64,000 bases of DNA from the human T2T-CHM13v2.0 reference genome, Homo sapiens. Within the stretch, counting starts at the first letter, position 1. The number at the start of each line of letters is the position of its first letter. A program made the position numbers and the translations under genes. The notes below the pieces were generated by a model. The model was given only the letters and a program-made list of their open reading frames with translations, had not been told where the DNA came from and did no database searches. The DNA is taken from the NCBI RefSeq assembly GCF_009914755.1, contig NC_060948.1. One strand, given 5' to 3'. Positions 25,401 through 39,900 of the stretch are shown here, piece by piece.

Positions 25401-28400
25401 TCATCTGCATAGCCTTCTCACTGCGGAGGGGTTCTTTCATTGAGCTCTTGCTGGATGGGACTGCCTCTTGCCACAGATTATTTTGCTAACAGGGATTTCA
25501 GAGAGCAAAAGTGACTTTGCAGAGACTGGTTGCACTCAAGTTTGTGGTTCATGGTCTTATTTTGGGGGCTAAGTTTGCTTGCAGTTTGCAGGAGGTTTTT
25601 GGGTCCTCTGACAGGAATCACTGAACATTGCTTGGACTCCAGCGCAAGGCAGCTCATTCTCTCAGGTGAGCCTTAATTTTTCTTTGCTTTCATGGGGAAT
25701 CCACAGTGCCCCTTAGCAGCACTACTGGACACCCTTTTTAGGCATGCCATCATCACAGATGGCCTCTGAGACACTGGTCTCAACCTTGTCTTCACCTGTG
25801 AGTGGCCAGTCCAAGGCCTGAGAGTAGGGCTCCACCTTGGACTTTCCTTTGCTGTGGCTCCTGCTTTCCCACAGAGGCTCTGCAAGGCTCAGGATGAAGG
25901 GAGGCAGTGAGGTCAAGGTCCTGGCCATCTTTCACTGACACCAGGCCCTGGGGTTTCAGGTATGATTCTATCATCCAAAGAACCATCAAAAACATACTAG
26001 ACTTTATTCCAATGTCCACGGGACATAATTCTTTCACACAGCCTCTTTCAAAAAGGGAGACAGAAAAGTAGTTTCCACAGACCACCTCACAGTATTGATA
26101 TTCTTCCTCCTTTGGTGGGACCTGACCACAGAGATGGCCTGAAGGGGAGCTGAGGTCAAGACTTTTAGGTTCTCATAGTGGGTTTTGCAGGCCTCCCTTT
26201 TCATGATACCAGGACAACTCTGCCTGTAGTATTTTACTTGGCTTAGGAAGGCTGACAGCTCTGACAGCTGGGTGCCCGAGCCTGATTCATGAATGCATAT
26301 AAGCTGGTTTCAGGGCACCATTCCTGATTGTGAGCTCTGGCTAGCGTCACAATTAATGTCACCATTGTCTAGCAAAAAGTTCCTGCATCTTGGCAATGCA
26401 GGAGGCCTCTGTGGAAGTGCATCCACAGGGGACTCTTGCCTGTCTTTTCTGTGGATCCATGGGATAGTTCCATAATCCTGGGAGAGGGCAAGTGGGAGCC
26501 AGCCTGAAGAAATGTCAAGCACAGCCCCAGGAATAAACCACAAAATCCCTGAGCGTCCAAAAATATCAGAAGGATTATTCAGGCCTGCCTACACATTGTA
26601 GGGGTGAGTGTTTTTGAAACTTTCCCCGCTGTGATTTCTAGGTGCAGCCCACCTGTGTTCCCTGGGGTTGCTCTCTCTTAGGTGGGGCTTCCTACAGAAT
26701 GACACAGCCTCTAGAGCTGCCTCACTGTGTGTTTCTGTGGGAGTGTTGCAAATGTTGGATGTCTGCGTGTGTGTGTGGCACAGCGTGTTTGTGTTGTCTG
26801 TGTGTGTGTGTGTGTTTGTGCCTGTAAGTGGAGTCTGCTTAAAGAAATGTGGCTAATCCACTTCAGCGCTACTTTTCTTGAGTCTCAACACCTTTTGGTG
26901 GACTGTTTGTTGGGTCTGCTTGGGCTGTGTTTTCTTTATTGATCTGCGGATCATGAATCCGCAGTGAATTAGAAGCTTGCCAAATCCCACCGCCATCCAA
27001 ATCACCTCCCCCTGCAAAAAAAAAAAGCCACTCTTCTAGAAAGAAGAGGAGCACACTACACTGAAAAACAAACATCTTCCAGTGTTTCATTGTCCTGTAG
27101 CCAACCCAGGTAGAGACACTAGCAGTCCTGTCCGCAGAGCCCCTTGTATTTACCTTGAATTCGGTTGACAGCCTAGGAGGTGCTTCATGCTGTGAGGGGG
27201 CACTCCTCCATCGTCTTGGGACTTCATCCTGGAACATAGAGTGTGAGCAGCAATAAGGTCAGGTAGGGTGGAGGATCCAATCTGGTGAGAAGTGAATGGG
27301 TCCTGCAACTTCACCTGCAATAAAAATGAAGACAGATGACACAGAAGGTGTTTCAAACTTCATCCCCTCATTCCCTTAATTGCACAAGCAGTCCCCACCA
27401 AGGTGCAGTGTTGAAGTGGGAGGACTCCAATGTGCACAAAACATCTGGACTGCAAATTCGGGATATCCTGACAAACTGCTGATTTGAGGGCTTTCATATT
27501 CAGAGCCAAATGTGAGTGGAATGGATTGATGCTGGATAGAATGTGGGCCTCCACCTCATCGGCCTAGTGTTTCCTGTGTCTGGCTCAAGGACTTCCACAT
27601 TAAACATTTCCCAGTTCATGGAGAGAGGCGCTTATGGAATCCATTGCATTAGCATTTCCTTCTAAACACTGTCACATTTTAATGACTTGGCAGCTTTGAC
27701 ATATTTAAAACCATGAATTCCCGTTACAGCCACTAACAAGGAAACTCTTGTTCTCCCACTTCTGTTAGGGGGCTGCTTGATTCCTGCAGGATGAGAAGCA
27801 GGCAGCCATGTCTAGCTTTTGCCTGGCAGCCTTGCCTCTGTTTTATTTTATCTGCATGGCCTCCTCAGTGTGGATGGTCTCTTTCACTGGGCTTTTGTTG
27901 GATGGGACTGCCTCTCACCACAGATTATTTAGTTGCCAGCTATTTAAGAGAGCAAAAGGGACTTCATGTAGGCTGGCTGTGCTTTAGGTTGTGGGTTGTT
28001 TTCTGGTTGTGTGGGATGAGGTGGTTTGCACTTTGCCTGAGGGTGTTGGGTCCTCTGACAGGAAGAATTGAACATTGCTTGGACTCCAGCACAAGGCAGC
28101 CAGTTCTCTCAGGTGAGCCTTGATTTTTTGTTTGTTTGTTTTCATAGGGAATCCACAATGTGCCTCAACAGCACCGCTGGACACCTTTTTTCGGCTTGCC
28201 ATCACCACAGACTGCCACTGAGACCCTGTCTCAACCTCATCTGCACCCTTGAGTGGCCTGTCTGAGGTGTGAGAACACTGCTCCACCTTGGACTTGCCTC
28301 TTTTCTGGTTCCTGCCTTTCCCAAAGAGCCCTTGTAAGGCATAGAATAAAGGGAGGAAGTGAGGTCAAGATCCTGGACATCTTTTGCTGACACCCACCTC

Positions 28401-29217
28401 GGGGGTCTCAGATATGATTCCGTCACACAAGGTATCCTCAAAAACAAACTAGACAATATTCCAATCCCAGTGGGACCCAATTCTTGCACACTGTCTCTTT
28501 CAAGAATAGAATCAGAAGAGCAGTTTCCAGTGACCACCTCACAGTCTGGAAACATCTCCTTCTCCAGCAGAACTTGACAGTGGAGATGCACTGAAAGGGC
28601 CCTAAAGTTGAGCCTTTTATGATCCTGCGGTGGATTTTCACAGGCTACCTTTTTCCTGATACCAGGCTAGCTCTGGCTGTACCATTTTCCTCTGCTTAGG
28701 CAGGCTGACAGCTATGACTCACAGATGCCCAAGCCTGCCTCACAAAAGCGCATGTGCTAGTCTCAGGGCACCAGGCCTAATTGTGAGCTATGGCTAGTGT
28801 CACAGTGAACTTCACCATTGCCTAGCATCAAGTCCCTGCAGCTTGGCAGAGAAGGAAACCTCCATGGGGGAGCGTCGGCCGTGGACTCTCACCTGTCTTC
28901 TCTGTGGGATCCCTGAGATAGTCCCATGATCCTAGGAGGGTGTAGACATGAGCCAGCCTGAAGAAACATCAAGCACCGGCCCAGGAATAAACTGTGAAAT
29001 CTGTAATGATCCAAAGGGATCTGCAGGTTTCCTCAGGCCTGCCTAGATGTTGTAGGGGTGACTCTTTTTGAAACTTGGCCCTCTCTGACTTCTTGGTGCA
29101 TCCCACCTGTGTTCCCCAGGGTTGCTCTCTCCAAGGTGGGGCTTCCTGCAGAACCATGCAGCCTCAGGAACTGCCGGGATATGTGTTTCTGTGACAAAGT
29201 TGCGAGTGTTGGATGTT

Positions 29218-29252
<35 letters not shown>

Positions 29253-30115
29253 GTGGGTTTGTGTGAGTATGTGTATGTCTGTGTGTGCCTGTAAGTGGAG
29301 TGTGCTTAAAGGAATGTGGCTAATGAACTTCAGTCCTTCCTTTTTTTTTTTTTTTTTTGAGTCTCCTAACCTTTTGTTGGCCTGTCTGTGTGGTTCTGCT
29401 TGGGCTGCAGGGCTCAGTGTTCTTTATTTTTCTGTGGTTCATTAATTGAAAATGAATTGAGAGACAGGCTGGCCTCCAAATCACCTCCCCATGCAAAAAA
29501 AGGCACCCTTCTAGAAGTAAGAGGAGCACACCACACCAAAAAGACAAACCTCTCCCAGAGATTCATTGTCCTGCAGGAAACCCAGGGAGCACACTAGCAG
29601 TCTTGTCCACAGGCCTTTTGAATTTACCTCATATTCGGTTCCCAGCCAGCTAGGTGCTTCACGTCGTGAGAAGGCACCCTCCATCATCTTGGGATTTCAT
29701 TGTAGGACATAGAGTGTGACAATCAATAAAGTCAGATAGGAGTGAGGATACAATCTGGTGAGGGGCAGATGCGGTCCAGCAAAAAAAAATGAAAGATGAT
29801 ACAGAAGGTGCTTCTAACTCCATCCCCACATTCCCTTAATTGCACAACCAGTTCACACCAATGCCCCACTGTTCAAGGGGGAGTACTCCAATGTGCAAGG
29901 AAGATTTGGAGTGCAAATTGAGGCCATCCTGGAAAACTCCTGATTTAAGGACTTTCATTGCTATAGCCAAATGAAAGTGGAATAGATTGATGCCGGCTGC
30001 AAACCAGCCTGAAGAAACATCAAGCAAAGCCCCAGGAATAAACTGTGAAATCCCTAAGGATCCAAAAAGATCTGCAAAAGACCTCAAGCCTTCTTAGACA
30101 TTGTATTGGTTAGTC

Positions 30116-30234
30116 TTTTTTTTTCTCAGTTTTTATATTATATATTTAATTAATATTTGATATTATAAAGCACATTTATCAGTTAATTTTATTATATTCT
30201 CATGAGTCCATTACATAACTATTATTATATGAAC
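30116..30234 (-). other. L1 3' transduction (about 110 bp of AT-rich non-L1, non-array DNA plus a second poly(A))
   Basis: Lies between the L1 tail (30235-30242) and a distal T9 run, inside the TSD pair. Minus-strand ATTAAA at 30145-30150. Confidence 0.8.
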
Positions 30235-30970
30235 TTTTTTTTATACTTTAAGTTTTAGGGTACATGTGCACATTATGCAGGTTAGTTACATATGTATACA
30301 TGTGCCATGCTGGTGTGCTGCACCCACTAACTCGTCATCTAGCATTAGGTATATCTCCCGATGCTATCCCTCACCCCTCCCCCCACCCCACAACAGTCCC
30401 CAGAGTGTGATATTCCCCTTCCTGTGTCCATGTGATCTCATTGTTCAATTCCCACCTATGAGTGAGAATATGCGGTGTTTGGTTTTTTGTTCTTGCGATA
30501 GTTTACTGAGAATGATGATTTCCAATTTCATCCATGTCCCTACAAAGGACATGAACTCATCATTTTTTATGGCTGCATAGTATTCCATGGTGTATATGTG
30601 CCACATTTTCTTAATCCAGTCTATCATTGTTGGACATTTAGGTTGGTTCCAAGTCTTTGCTATTCTGAATAATGCCGCAATAAACATACAGGTGCATGTG
30701 TCTTGATAGCAGCATGATTTATAATCCTCTGGGTATATACCCAGTAATGGGATGGCTGGGTCAAATGGTATTTCTAGTTCTAGATCCCTGAGGAATCGCC
30801 ACACTGACTTCCACAATGGTTGACCTAGTTTACAGTCCCACCAACAGTGTAAAAGTGTTCCTATTTCTCCACATCCTCTCCAGCAACTGTTGTTTCCTGA
30901 CTTTTTAATGATTGCCATTCTAACGGGTGTGAGATGGTATCTCATTGTGGTTTTGATTTGCATTTCTCTG
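30235..30970 (-). mobile_element. 5'-truncated young L1 (L1PA2-like), about 730 bp
   Basis: ORF2 C-terminus at 30445-30963 ([24 protein letters not shown]); 3'UTR with the GAG diagnostic (agatgacGAGttag) rather than ACA/ACG; TSD tattggttagtcttttt at 30104-30120 and 30971-30987. Confidence 0.95.
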
Positions 30971-33900
30971 TATTGGTTAGTCTTTTTGAAACTTGTCCCA
31001 CTGTGATTTCTAGATTCAGCCCACCTGTGTTCCCTAGGGATGGTCTCTTTCAGGTGGAGCTTCCTGCAGAACCATGCAGCCTCAGAAGCTGCTTGGCTGT
31101 GTGTTTCTGTGGGAGTGTTGCGAATGTTGGTGTGGCTGTGTTTGTGTGTGTGGGTGTGTGTGTGTGTGCCTGTAAGTGGAATCTGCTTAAATGAATGTGG
31201 CTATTACACTTCAGCACTACTTATTTTTGAGTCTGTCAAACTTTTGGTGGCCTGTTTGTGTGGCCCTTCTTGGTCTGTGGCATTACATGTCCTTTCTTTC
31301 TTTCTTTCTTTTTTTGTGGATCATGAATCCACAGTGAATTGGGAGATTGGCTAGACATGCCAAAATTAAATTATGTACCACTGCAAAAAACAAAGCAAAA
31401 CAAAACAAAAAACTCTTCTAGAAAGAGGAATAGCAAACCACACCCTAGAACAGACATCTCCCAGTGTTTCATGTTCTGCAGCAAACCCAGGGACAGGCAC
31501 TTTCAGTCCTGTCCGCAGGGCCCCTTGAATCTACCAGGAATTTGATTCCCAGCTGAACAGGTGCTTTTTGTCACAATCCTCCATTATCTTGGGATTTTGT
31601 TCTTGGACAGAGAGTACAAGCAGCAATAAGGTCAGACAGGTGTGAAGATACGATCTTGTGAGGGGTAGATAGGTTCCTGCACATTCACCTGTAAAAATGG
31701 TGAAGACAGATTACACTGTCAGAATTCAATGACTGGACATCTGTAATGTATTTAAAACCATAAATTCCCAGTACTGACACCAACAAGGAAATTCTTGTTC
31801 TCCCTCTTCTATCAGATGGCTGCATGATTCCTGTAGGATGAGAAGCATGCAGCCATGTCTGACTTTTGCCTGGTGATCTATAGTCTGTTTCATTTCGACT
31901 GCAGATCCTTTCTCATTGTGGAGAGGGTCTTTCAGCTGTTGCTGGTTGTAACTGCCACTCACCACAGATCTTTTGGCTGCCAGCGATTTTAGGGAGCAAA
32001 AGGGCCTTCAGGTAGGCTGGCTGCATTTCAAGTTGTGGATCATGGTCTCGTTGTGGAGGCTGACATTGTTTGCACTTCTCAGGAGGCTTTTGGGTATGCC
32101 GACAGGAGTCTTTGAATGTTGCTAGGACTCCAACAAAAGTCAGCTCTTTCTCTCAGGCAAGCCGTGAGTTTTTTGTGCTTTCATGGGGTGTCCCCATTGC
32201 CACCCAACAGTACTATAGGACACAATTTTCAGGCTTGCAATAGCCACAGATGACCTCTGAGACAATGTCTCAACGTCATCTGCCTCCGTGAGAGGGCATT
32301 TTGAGGTTTGAGAACTCTGATCCAACTTGGACTTGCATTTGTTGTGGTTCATGCCTTTCCCAGATAGCCCCTGGGGGGCCCAGAATGAAGAGAGGCAATG
32401 GGGACAAGGGCTTGGCCATATTTCACTGACAAACACCTATGGAGTCTCACGTATGATTCCATGATAAAAGGACCCCTCAACAACTCACCAGACTCTATTC
32501 CCATCCCTATGGGACCTGATTCTTACAAATAGCCTCTTTCGGGAATGAAGTCAGAAGAGCAGTTTTCCATGACAACCTAACAGTCTGAAAACACCTCTTC
32601 CTCCAGTGGGACCCGACCAAGGAGATGGATGGAAGGGGTGCTAAGGTTGACATATTTAGGTTCCCACAGTTGGTTATCGCAGGCAGCCTTTCTCCCGATA
32701 TGAGGCTGGATCTGCCTGTACCATTTTCCTTTGCTTAGCTCTGACAGCCTAGCACCTAAGCCTGCCTCGTGAATGTGCATGTGCTAGTCTCAGGGCACCA
32801 CCCCTGAGCTGTGAGCTCCAGTTAGCCTCACAATGAATAACACTTTTCCTAGTGAAAAGTCCCTGTGTCTTGGCAGAGAAGGAGACCTCCATGAAGATGC
32901 TTCACGGTAGACTCTCGCCTCTCTTCTTTGTTGAATCCTTGGGATAGTCCCATGATCCTAGGAGAGGGCAGATGTGAGCCAGCATGAAGAAGCATCAAGC
33001 AGGGCCCCAGGAATAATCTGTGAATTCCTTAACTATGCTAAAGGGTCTGCAGATGCCTCAGGCCTGCCTAGACGTTGCAGGGGGTCTTTTGAAACTTGTC
33101 CCACTGTGGTTTCTACATACAGCATGCCTGTGTTCCCCAGGATTGCTCTCTCCCAAGTGGGACTTCCTGCAGAACCACACAGCTTCAGAAGCTGCTGGGA
33201 GTGTGTTTCTGTGGGAGTGTTGCCAGTGTTGGTTGTCTGTGTTTGTGTGTGTGTGTGTGTCTGTAAGTGGAATCTGCTTTAAAAAATGTGGTTAACACAC
33301 TGTAGCTCTTCTTTGTTTTTGAGTCTCCCAAACTTTTTGTGGCCTATCTGTGTGGCTCTGCTTGGGCTGCTGGGTTCTGTGTTCTTTATTTTTCTGCAGA
33401 TCATGAATCTGCCATAAATTGAGAGATGGCATGAGACCCGCCATGGTCCAAATAACCTCCCCCCACAAAAACAAAACAAACAAACAAACAAAGCCACACT
33501 TCTAGAAAGAAGAGGAGCACAGGAAATTCAGGAACAGAAATCTTTCAGTGTTTTATTGTCCAGTGTACACCCCATTTAGAAACACTAGCAGTCCGGTCCG
33601 CAGGGTCCCTTGAATTTACTTCATATTCAGTTGCTAGCCAAGCAGGACCTCCACACCGTGAGGGGGCACTCTTCCATCATCTTTGGATTTCATTATGGGA
33701 AAGATACTTTTAACTTCAGATAAAGCTGAGGATACAAGCTGGTGAGGGATGGATGGGGTCCCGCACATTCGCCTGCAAAAAAATGTGATGACAGATGTTA
33801 CAGAAGGTGCTTCCAACTGCATCCCCACATTTCCTTAAATATACAAGCCATCCACACCATGGCCTGGTGTACATTTGGGAGCACCCCAATATGCAGGGAA

Positions 33901-36900
33901 TGTTTGGAGTGCAAACTGGAGCCATCCTGGCAAACTCCCTATTTGAGGGCCTTTATACCAGGAGCCAAATGGGAGTGAGGCCATTTGATGTAAGGTTTGA
34001 TGTGGACACCATACTTACCTCTTATTTTCCTGACATCCATGTACCTCATCAGCCTAAGGTTTCTTGGGTCTGGCTGTACATATTCCACATTAAATGTTTA
34101 CCACTTAATGGAAGACGACCCTCAAGGGAATCCATTTCATGAGTGTTTTCTTCTAAATACTATTGGGTTTTAATGACTGGGCAACTTTGATTGTTTTAAA
34201 ACCATAAATTTCTGTAACAGTAGCCAAGAAGGAAACTCTTCTTATCCAGCTTTTATCAGACAGCTGCTTGATACCTGTAGGAGGAGAAGCAGGCAGCTGT
34301 ACCTGGCTTTTGCCTGGGAAGCTAGGCTCTGTTTCATTTCATCTGCTGGTCTTTTTTCATTGTGGAGGGCTCTTTCATTGGGCTGTTACTGGATGGTGCT
34401 ACCTCTTGCCACAGACTTATTGGCTGCCAGGGATTTCAGAGAGCAAAAGGGACTTTGGGTAGACTGGCTGTGCTTTAGGTTTGGGGTCATGGTTTCCTTG
34501 TGGGGGCTGAGATTATTTGCAATTTGCAAGAGGCTTTTGGGTCTTCTGACAGAAATCTCTAAATGTTGCTTTGACTACAGCACACGACAGCTCGTTCTCT
34601 CCTGTGAGCCTTGATTTTCCTTTGCTTATATGGGGGGTCCACAGTGCCCTTTAACAGCACTACCTGACAAACTTTTCAGGATTGCAATCATCACAGATGT
34701 CCTCTGAGACACTGTCTCAACCTCATCTGCAACCGTGAGAGGCCACTTAGAGCTGTGAGAATACTGTTCCACCTTGGACTTGCCTTTGTCATGGTTCCTG
34801 CCTTTCAACAAGAGCCCCTGCGAGGCTCAGGATGGGTGGGGGCAGTGAGGTTAAGAACCTGGTCATATTTCACTGGCACCCACCTGTAGGGTCACACGTA
34901 TGATGCTATCACTGAAAGAACCTTCCACAACTCACCAGACAACCTTCCAATCCCCATGAGACCTGATCTTGCACACAGCCTCTTTCAGGAAGTTCTCAAC
35001 AACCCCCTCAGTCTAAACACCTCCTCCTCTAGTGGAACCGGATCACAGGTACGGCGGAAAGGGGCCCTAAGTTTGAGACTTTTAGGGTTCCACAGTGGGT
35101 TATCACATGGAGCAGCTTTTTCCCCAGTACCAGGCCGGCCCTGCCTGTACCATTTTCCTCTGACACACAGGTGCTGAGCCACCCACAAATGCACATGCGT
35201 TAGTCTCAGGGCACCGGGCCTAAGCTGTGAGCTCTGGCTAGCCTCACCATGAATGTCACAATTCCGTGAGGTTTGGCGGAGAAGGAGACCTCTGTGGAGG
35301 TGCATCAGTGGTGGACTGTCCTCTCTCTTCTCTGTGGGATCCACAGGATAGTCCCACGATCCTAGGGGAGAGCAGACAAGAGCCAGCTGGAAGATACGTC
35401 AAGCAAACCCCAGGAATAAACCGCGAAATCCGTAAGGTTCCAAAAGGATCTGAAGGGTGCCTCAGGCCTGCCTAGGTGTGCAGAGGTGAGTCTTTATGAA
35501 ACTTTACCCACTGTGATTTTTAGGTGCAACCCGCCTGTGTTGCCCAGAGTTGTTATCTCCCAGGTAAGGCTTTCTGCAGAACCATGCAGCCTCAGAATCT
35601 GCCGAGCTGTGTGTTTCTGTGAAAGTATTGAGTCTTTGATGTCTGCCTATGGGTGTGGCTTTTTTGGCACTGTGTCTGCTTAAAGGAATGTGGCTAACGC
35701 ACTGCAGCAACTTTTTTTTTTTTGTCTCCCAACCTTTAGTTCACCTGTCTGTGTGGCTCTGCTTGGGCTGCAGGGCTCCACGTTTTTTATTTTGCTCTGG
35801 ATCATGAATCCAAAGTGTAGTGGGAGGCTGGCTGTGACACACCGAAGTCCACATCACCTCTGCCTGCAAATAAAGCTACTCTTCTAGAAAGAAGAGGAGC
35901 ACACCACATCCAAGAAAGGACATCCCTCTGTATTACCTTGTTCTATGGCCATCCCCGGAGGAAACACTAGCATTCCTGTCCTCACAGCCCCTTGAATTTA
36001 CCTTGAATTTGCTTCCTAGCTGAGCAGATGCTCCACGTCCTGAGAAGGAACTCCTAGATCATCTTGGGATTTCATTTAGGGAAAGAGAACATGAATAGCA
36101 ATAAGGTCAGAAGGGGTAAGGATGCAATCTGGTGAGAAGTGGATGGGGTCCCACACTTCCAATTGCAAAAAATGTGAAGACAGATGACACAGAAAGTGAT
36201 TCCAACTGCATCCTCACATTTCTTTAATTACACAAGTAGTTCACACTATGGCCTGGTGTTCAGGTGGGAGTACTCCAACATGCAGAGAACATTTGAAGTG
36301 CAAACTGGGGCCATCCTGGCAAACTGCAAATTTGAGGGCTTTCATACTCGGCTCCCATTGAAAGTGAGAATGATAGACACAAGGTGGGATGTGGCCTCCA
36401 CACTTGCCTCTTCTTTTCCTGTCTTCCGTATTTCTTGTCAGCCTAGGGTTTCCTGGATCTGGTTCATGTATTCCACGATAAAGTTTTCCCAGTGTTTCCT
36501 TCTAAACACTGTCACGTTTTAGTGACTTGGCCCCTGTGATAATTTTGAAACCATAAATTCCTGTTACAGCCAACAACAAGGAAACTCTTGCTCTTCAACT
36601 TTTATCGGAGTGCTGCATGAGTCCTGTAGGATGAGAAGCAGGCAGCTGTGTTTGGCTTTTGCCTGGTAATCTATGCTCTGTTTCATTGCATCTGCACATC
36701 CTTTCTCATTGTGGAGGTGGTCTTTCATTGGGCTGTTGCTGGATGGGGCTGCCTCTTACAATAGATCTATGGGCTGCCAAGGATTTCAGGGAGCAAAACA
36801 GACTCTGGGTAGGTTTGGTGGCACTCCAGGTTGTGGATCAGTGTCTTGTTATGTGTTGCTTGCACTTTGCAGGAGTTTTTTGAGTTCTCTGACAGGAATT

Positions 36901-39900
36901 TTTGAATGTTGCTTAGACTCTAGCACAAGCCATCTTTTTCTCACACACGAGCCTTGATTTTTCTTTGCTTTCCTGGGAAGTCCACAGTGCCCCTCAACAG
37001 CACTACTGGACATCCTTTTCTGTCTTGCCATGGCCACAGATGGCCTCAGAGACACTATCTCAACCTCATCTGCACTGGTGAGAGGCCAGTTCGAGGTTTG
37101 AGAACACTGCTCCCTATTGGACCTGCCTTTGTTGTGGTTCCTGTGCTTCATAGAGAGACCCTGCGAGGTCCAGAATGATGGGAGACAGTGAGGTTAAGGG
37201 CCCAACCATCATTCATAGGCACCCAATTCTAGTTTCTCAGGTATAATTCCATCACCCAAAGACCCCTCCTCAACTCACCAGACTACATTCCAATCCCCAT
37301 GGGACTGGATTCTTGCACACAGCCTCTTTCCAAAAGGGAATCAGAAGAACAGATTTCAGCGACCACCTCAGTCTCTGAATGCCTCCTACTCCTGCAGGAG
37401 CTGACCAGGGAGACGGCTTGAAGTCGCCCTAACTTCGAGCATTGTAGGGTCCCGCAGTGCATTATTGCAGGCAGCCTATTTCTGGATACCGAGCCAGCTC
37501 TATGTGTACCATTTTCTTCTGCTTCCACAGGCTAACATCTGTGAAAGCCAGGCCAGCAAGCATGCCCTCAAATGCACATGCACGCCTCAGGGCACCAGGC
37601 CTGACTATGAGCTCTGGCTAGCATCACAATGAATGTCACCATTACATAGAGATCAGTCCTGGCTGCGTGGCCAAGAAGGAGACCTCCATAGAGGTGCCTT
37701 GGTGGTGGACTCTTGCCTGTCTTCTCTGAGGGATCCACAGGATACATCCATATTCCTAGGAGAGGGCAGACATGAGCCAGCATGCAGAAATGTCAAGCAG
37801 AGCCCAAGGAATAAACTGCAAAGTCCCTAAGGCTACAAAAGTATCTGCAGGATGTCTCAGGCCTGCCTGGGAGTTGTAGGGTTGAGTCTTTCTGAAACTT
37901 TCCCAACTGTGATTTCTAGGTAGAGCGCTCTGTGTTTGCCGGGGTTGCTCTCTCCCAGGTGGGGCCTTCTGCACAAACACACAGCCTCAGATGCTGCCAG
38001 GCTCTGTTTCTGAGGGCATGTTGCAAGTGTTGGATGTCTAGGTGTGGTGTGGCTTTTTGGCTTTGTGTGTTTTAGTGTGTGTGTGTGTGCACGCGGGCCA
38101 GTAAGCGGAGTTTGTTTAAAGGGAGGTGGGTCACACACTGCAGAGCTTCTTTTATTTGAGACTTCCAACATTTTCATGCCCTGTCTGTATGGCTCTTCTG
38201 GGGCTGTAGACCTCCCTGTTCTTTATTTTTCTGAATCCACAGTGAATTGCGAGGCTGGCTGTGACACGCTGAGGTCCACATAACAAATGACTTCCAAACA
38301 AACAAACAAAAAAAGCCACTCTCTAGAAAGAAGAGCTGCAGCACACCATACCCAAGAACAGAAATCCTTCAGTGTGTCAGTGTCCTGTGGCTATCCCAGG
38401 GAGAAACACTAGCAGTCCTGTCCACAGGGCCCCATGAATTTACCTCAAATTTTGTTCATAGGTGAGCAGGTACTTCCTGTCGTCAGGGTTCACTCCTCCA
38501 TCATCTTGGGATTTCATCCTGGGTCATAGAGTGTGAATGGCAATAAGGTCAGATAGGGGTGAGGATACAACCTGATGAGGGGTGGATGGGGACCTGCACC
38601 TTCACCTGCAAAAATGTAAAGACAGGTGACACAAAAGGTGCTTCAAACAGCATTCCCACATTTCCTTAATTGCAGAAGCAGTCCACAACTTGGCCTGGTG
38701 TTTAGTTGGGAGTACTCCAACGTGCAGGGAATATTTGAAGTGCAAACTGGGGCCACCCTGGCCAACTCCTATCCTGACTTACATGTGCCTCATAATCCTA
38801 AGGATGATTGGGTATGGCTCAATGTCTTCTACACTAAATGTTTCCCAGTTCATGGAAGGTGACCCTTGGGGGGAATCCATTGAGTAAGTGTTTCCTTCTA
38901 AACACTTACTGCCCTGTCATGTTTCAATGACAGGGCAGCTGCGATGCGGTAATTCTAAAACAGTAACTTCCTGTTACTGCTGCCAACAAGGAAACTCCTG
39001 TTCTCCAAGTTTTATTGAAGGGCTGCATGATTCCTGTAGGATGAGAAGCAGGCAGCTGTGTCTGGATTCCACCTGGTAATATGGTCTGTGTTTCATTTTA
39101 TGTGCACATCCTTTCTCATTGTGTAGGGGGTCTTTAATGTGCTGTTGGTGGATAGGGCTGCCTCTCATCACAAATTTATTGGCTGACAGGGATATCATGG
39201 AGCACAAGGGACTTCAGGTAGGCTAGCCACATCCCAGGTTCTGGGTCTTGTTCTCATTATGTGGGATGAGGATGTTTGCACTTTGCAGGAGGCTTTAGGG
39301 TTCTCTGACAGGAATCTTTGAACTTTGCTTGAACTCCAGCAAAAGGCAGCTGGTTCTCTCATGTGATCTTTGATTTTCCTTGCTTTCATGGGGGGTCAAC
39401 AGTGACACTCACTACCGGACACCCTTTTCAGGTTTGCAATCGCCACAGACAGCCTCTGAGACACTGTCTCAACCTCATCTGTACCTGTGAGAGGCCAGTT
39501 CTAGGTGTGGTTCCTGCTTACCCGAGAGAGATCCTGTGAGGTCCAGGATGAAGTGAGGCACTGCGGTTAAGGGCCTGGTCGTCTTTCATTGACACTCATC
39601 TCTGGGGTCTCAGGTATGATTCTATCATTCAAAGACCCCTAAACAACCCACCAGACTACATTCCAATCCCCATGGGACCCAATTCTTGCACACAGCCCAT
39701 TTTGGGAATGGAGTCAGAAGAGCAGTTTTTCATGACCAACTCAGTCCAGAAATGCATCCTCCTCCTGTGGGACCATTAAAGATGGCCCTAGGTGCCCTAA
39801 GGATGAGACTTTTAGGGTCCCAGAGTGGGTTATCACAGGCAGCATTTTCCTGGATACCTTTCGGCTCTGCATGTATCATTTTCCTCTGCTTAGGCAGGCT

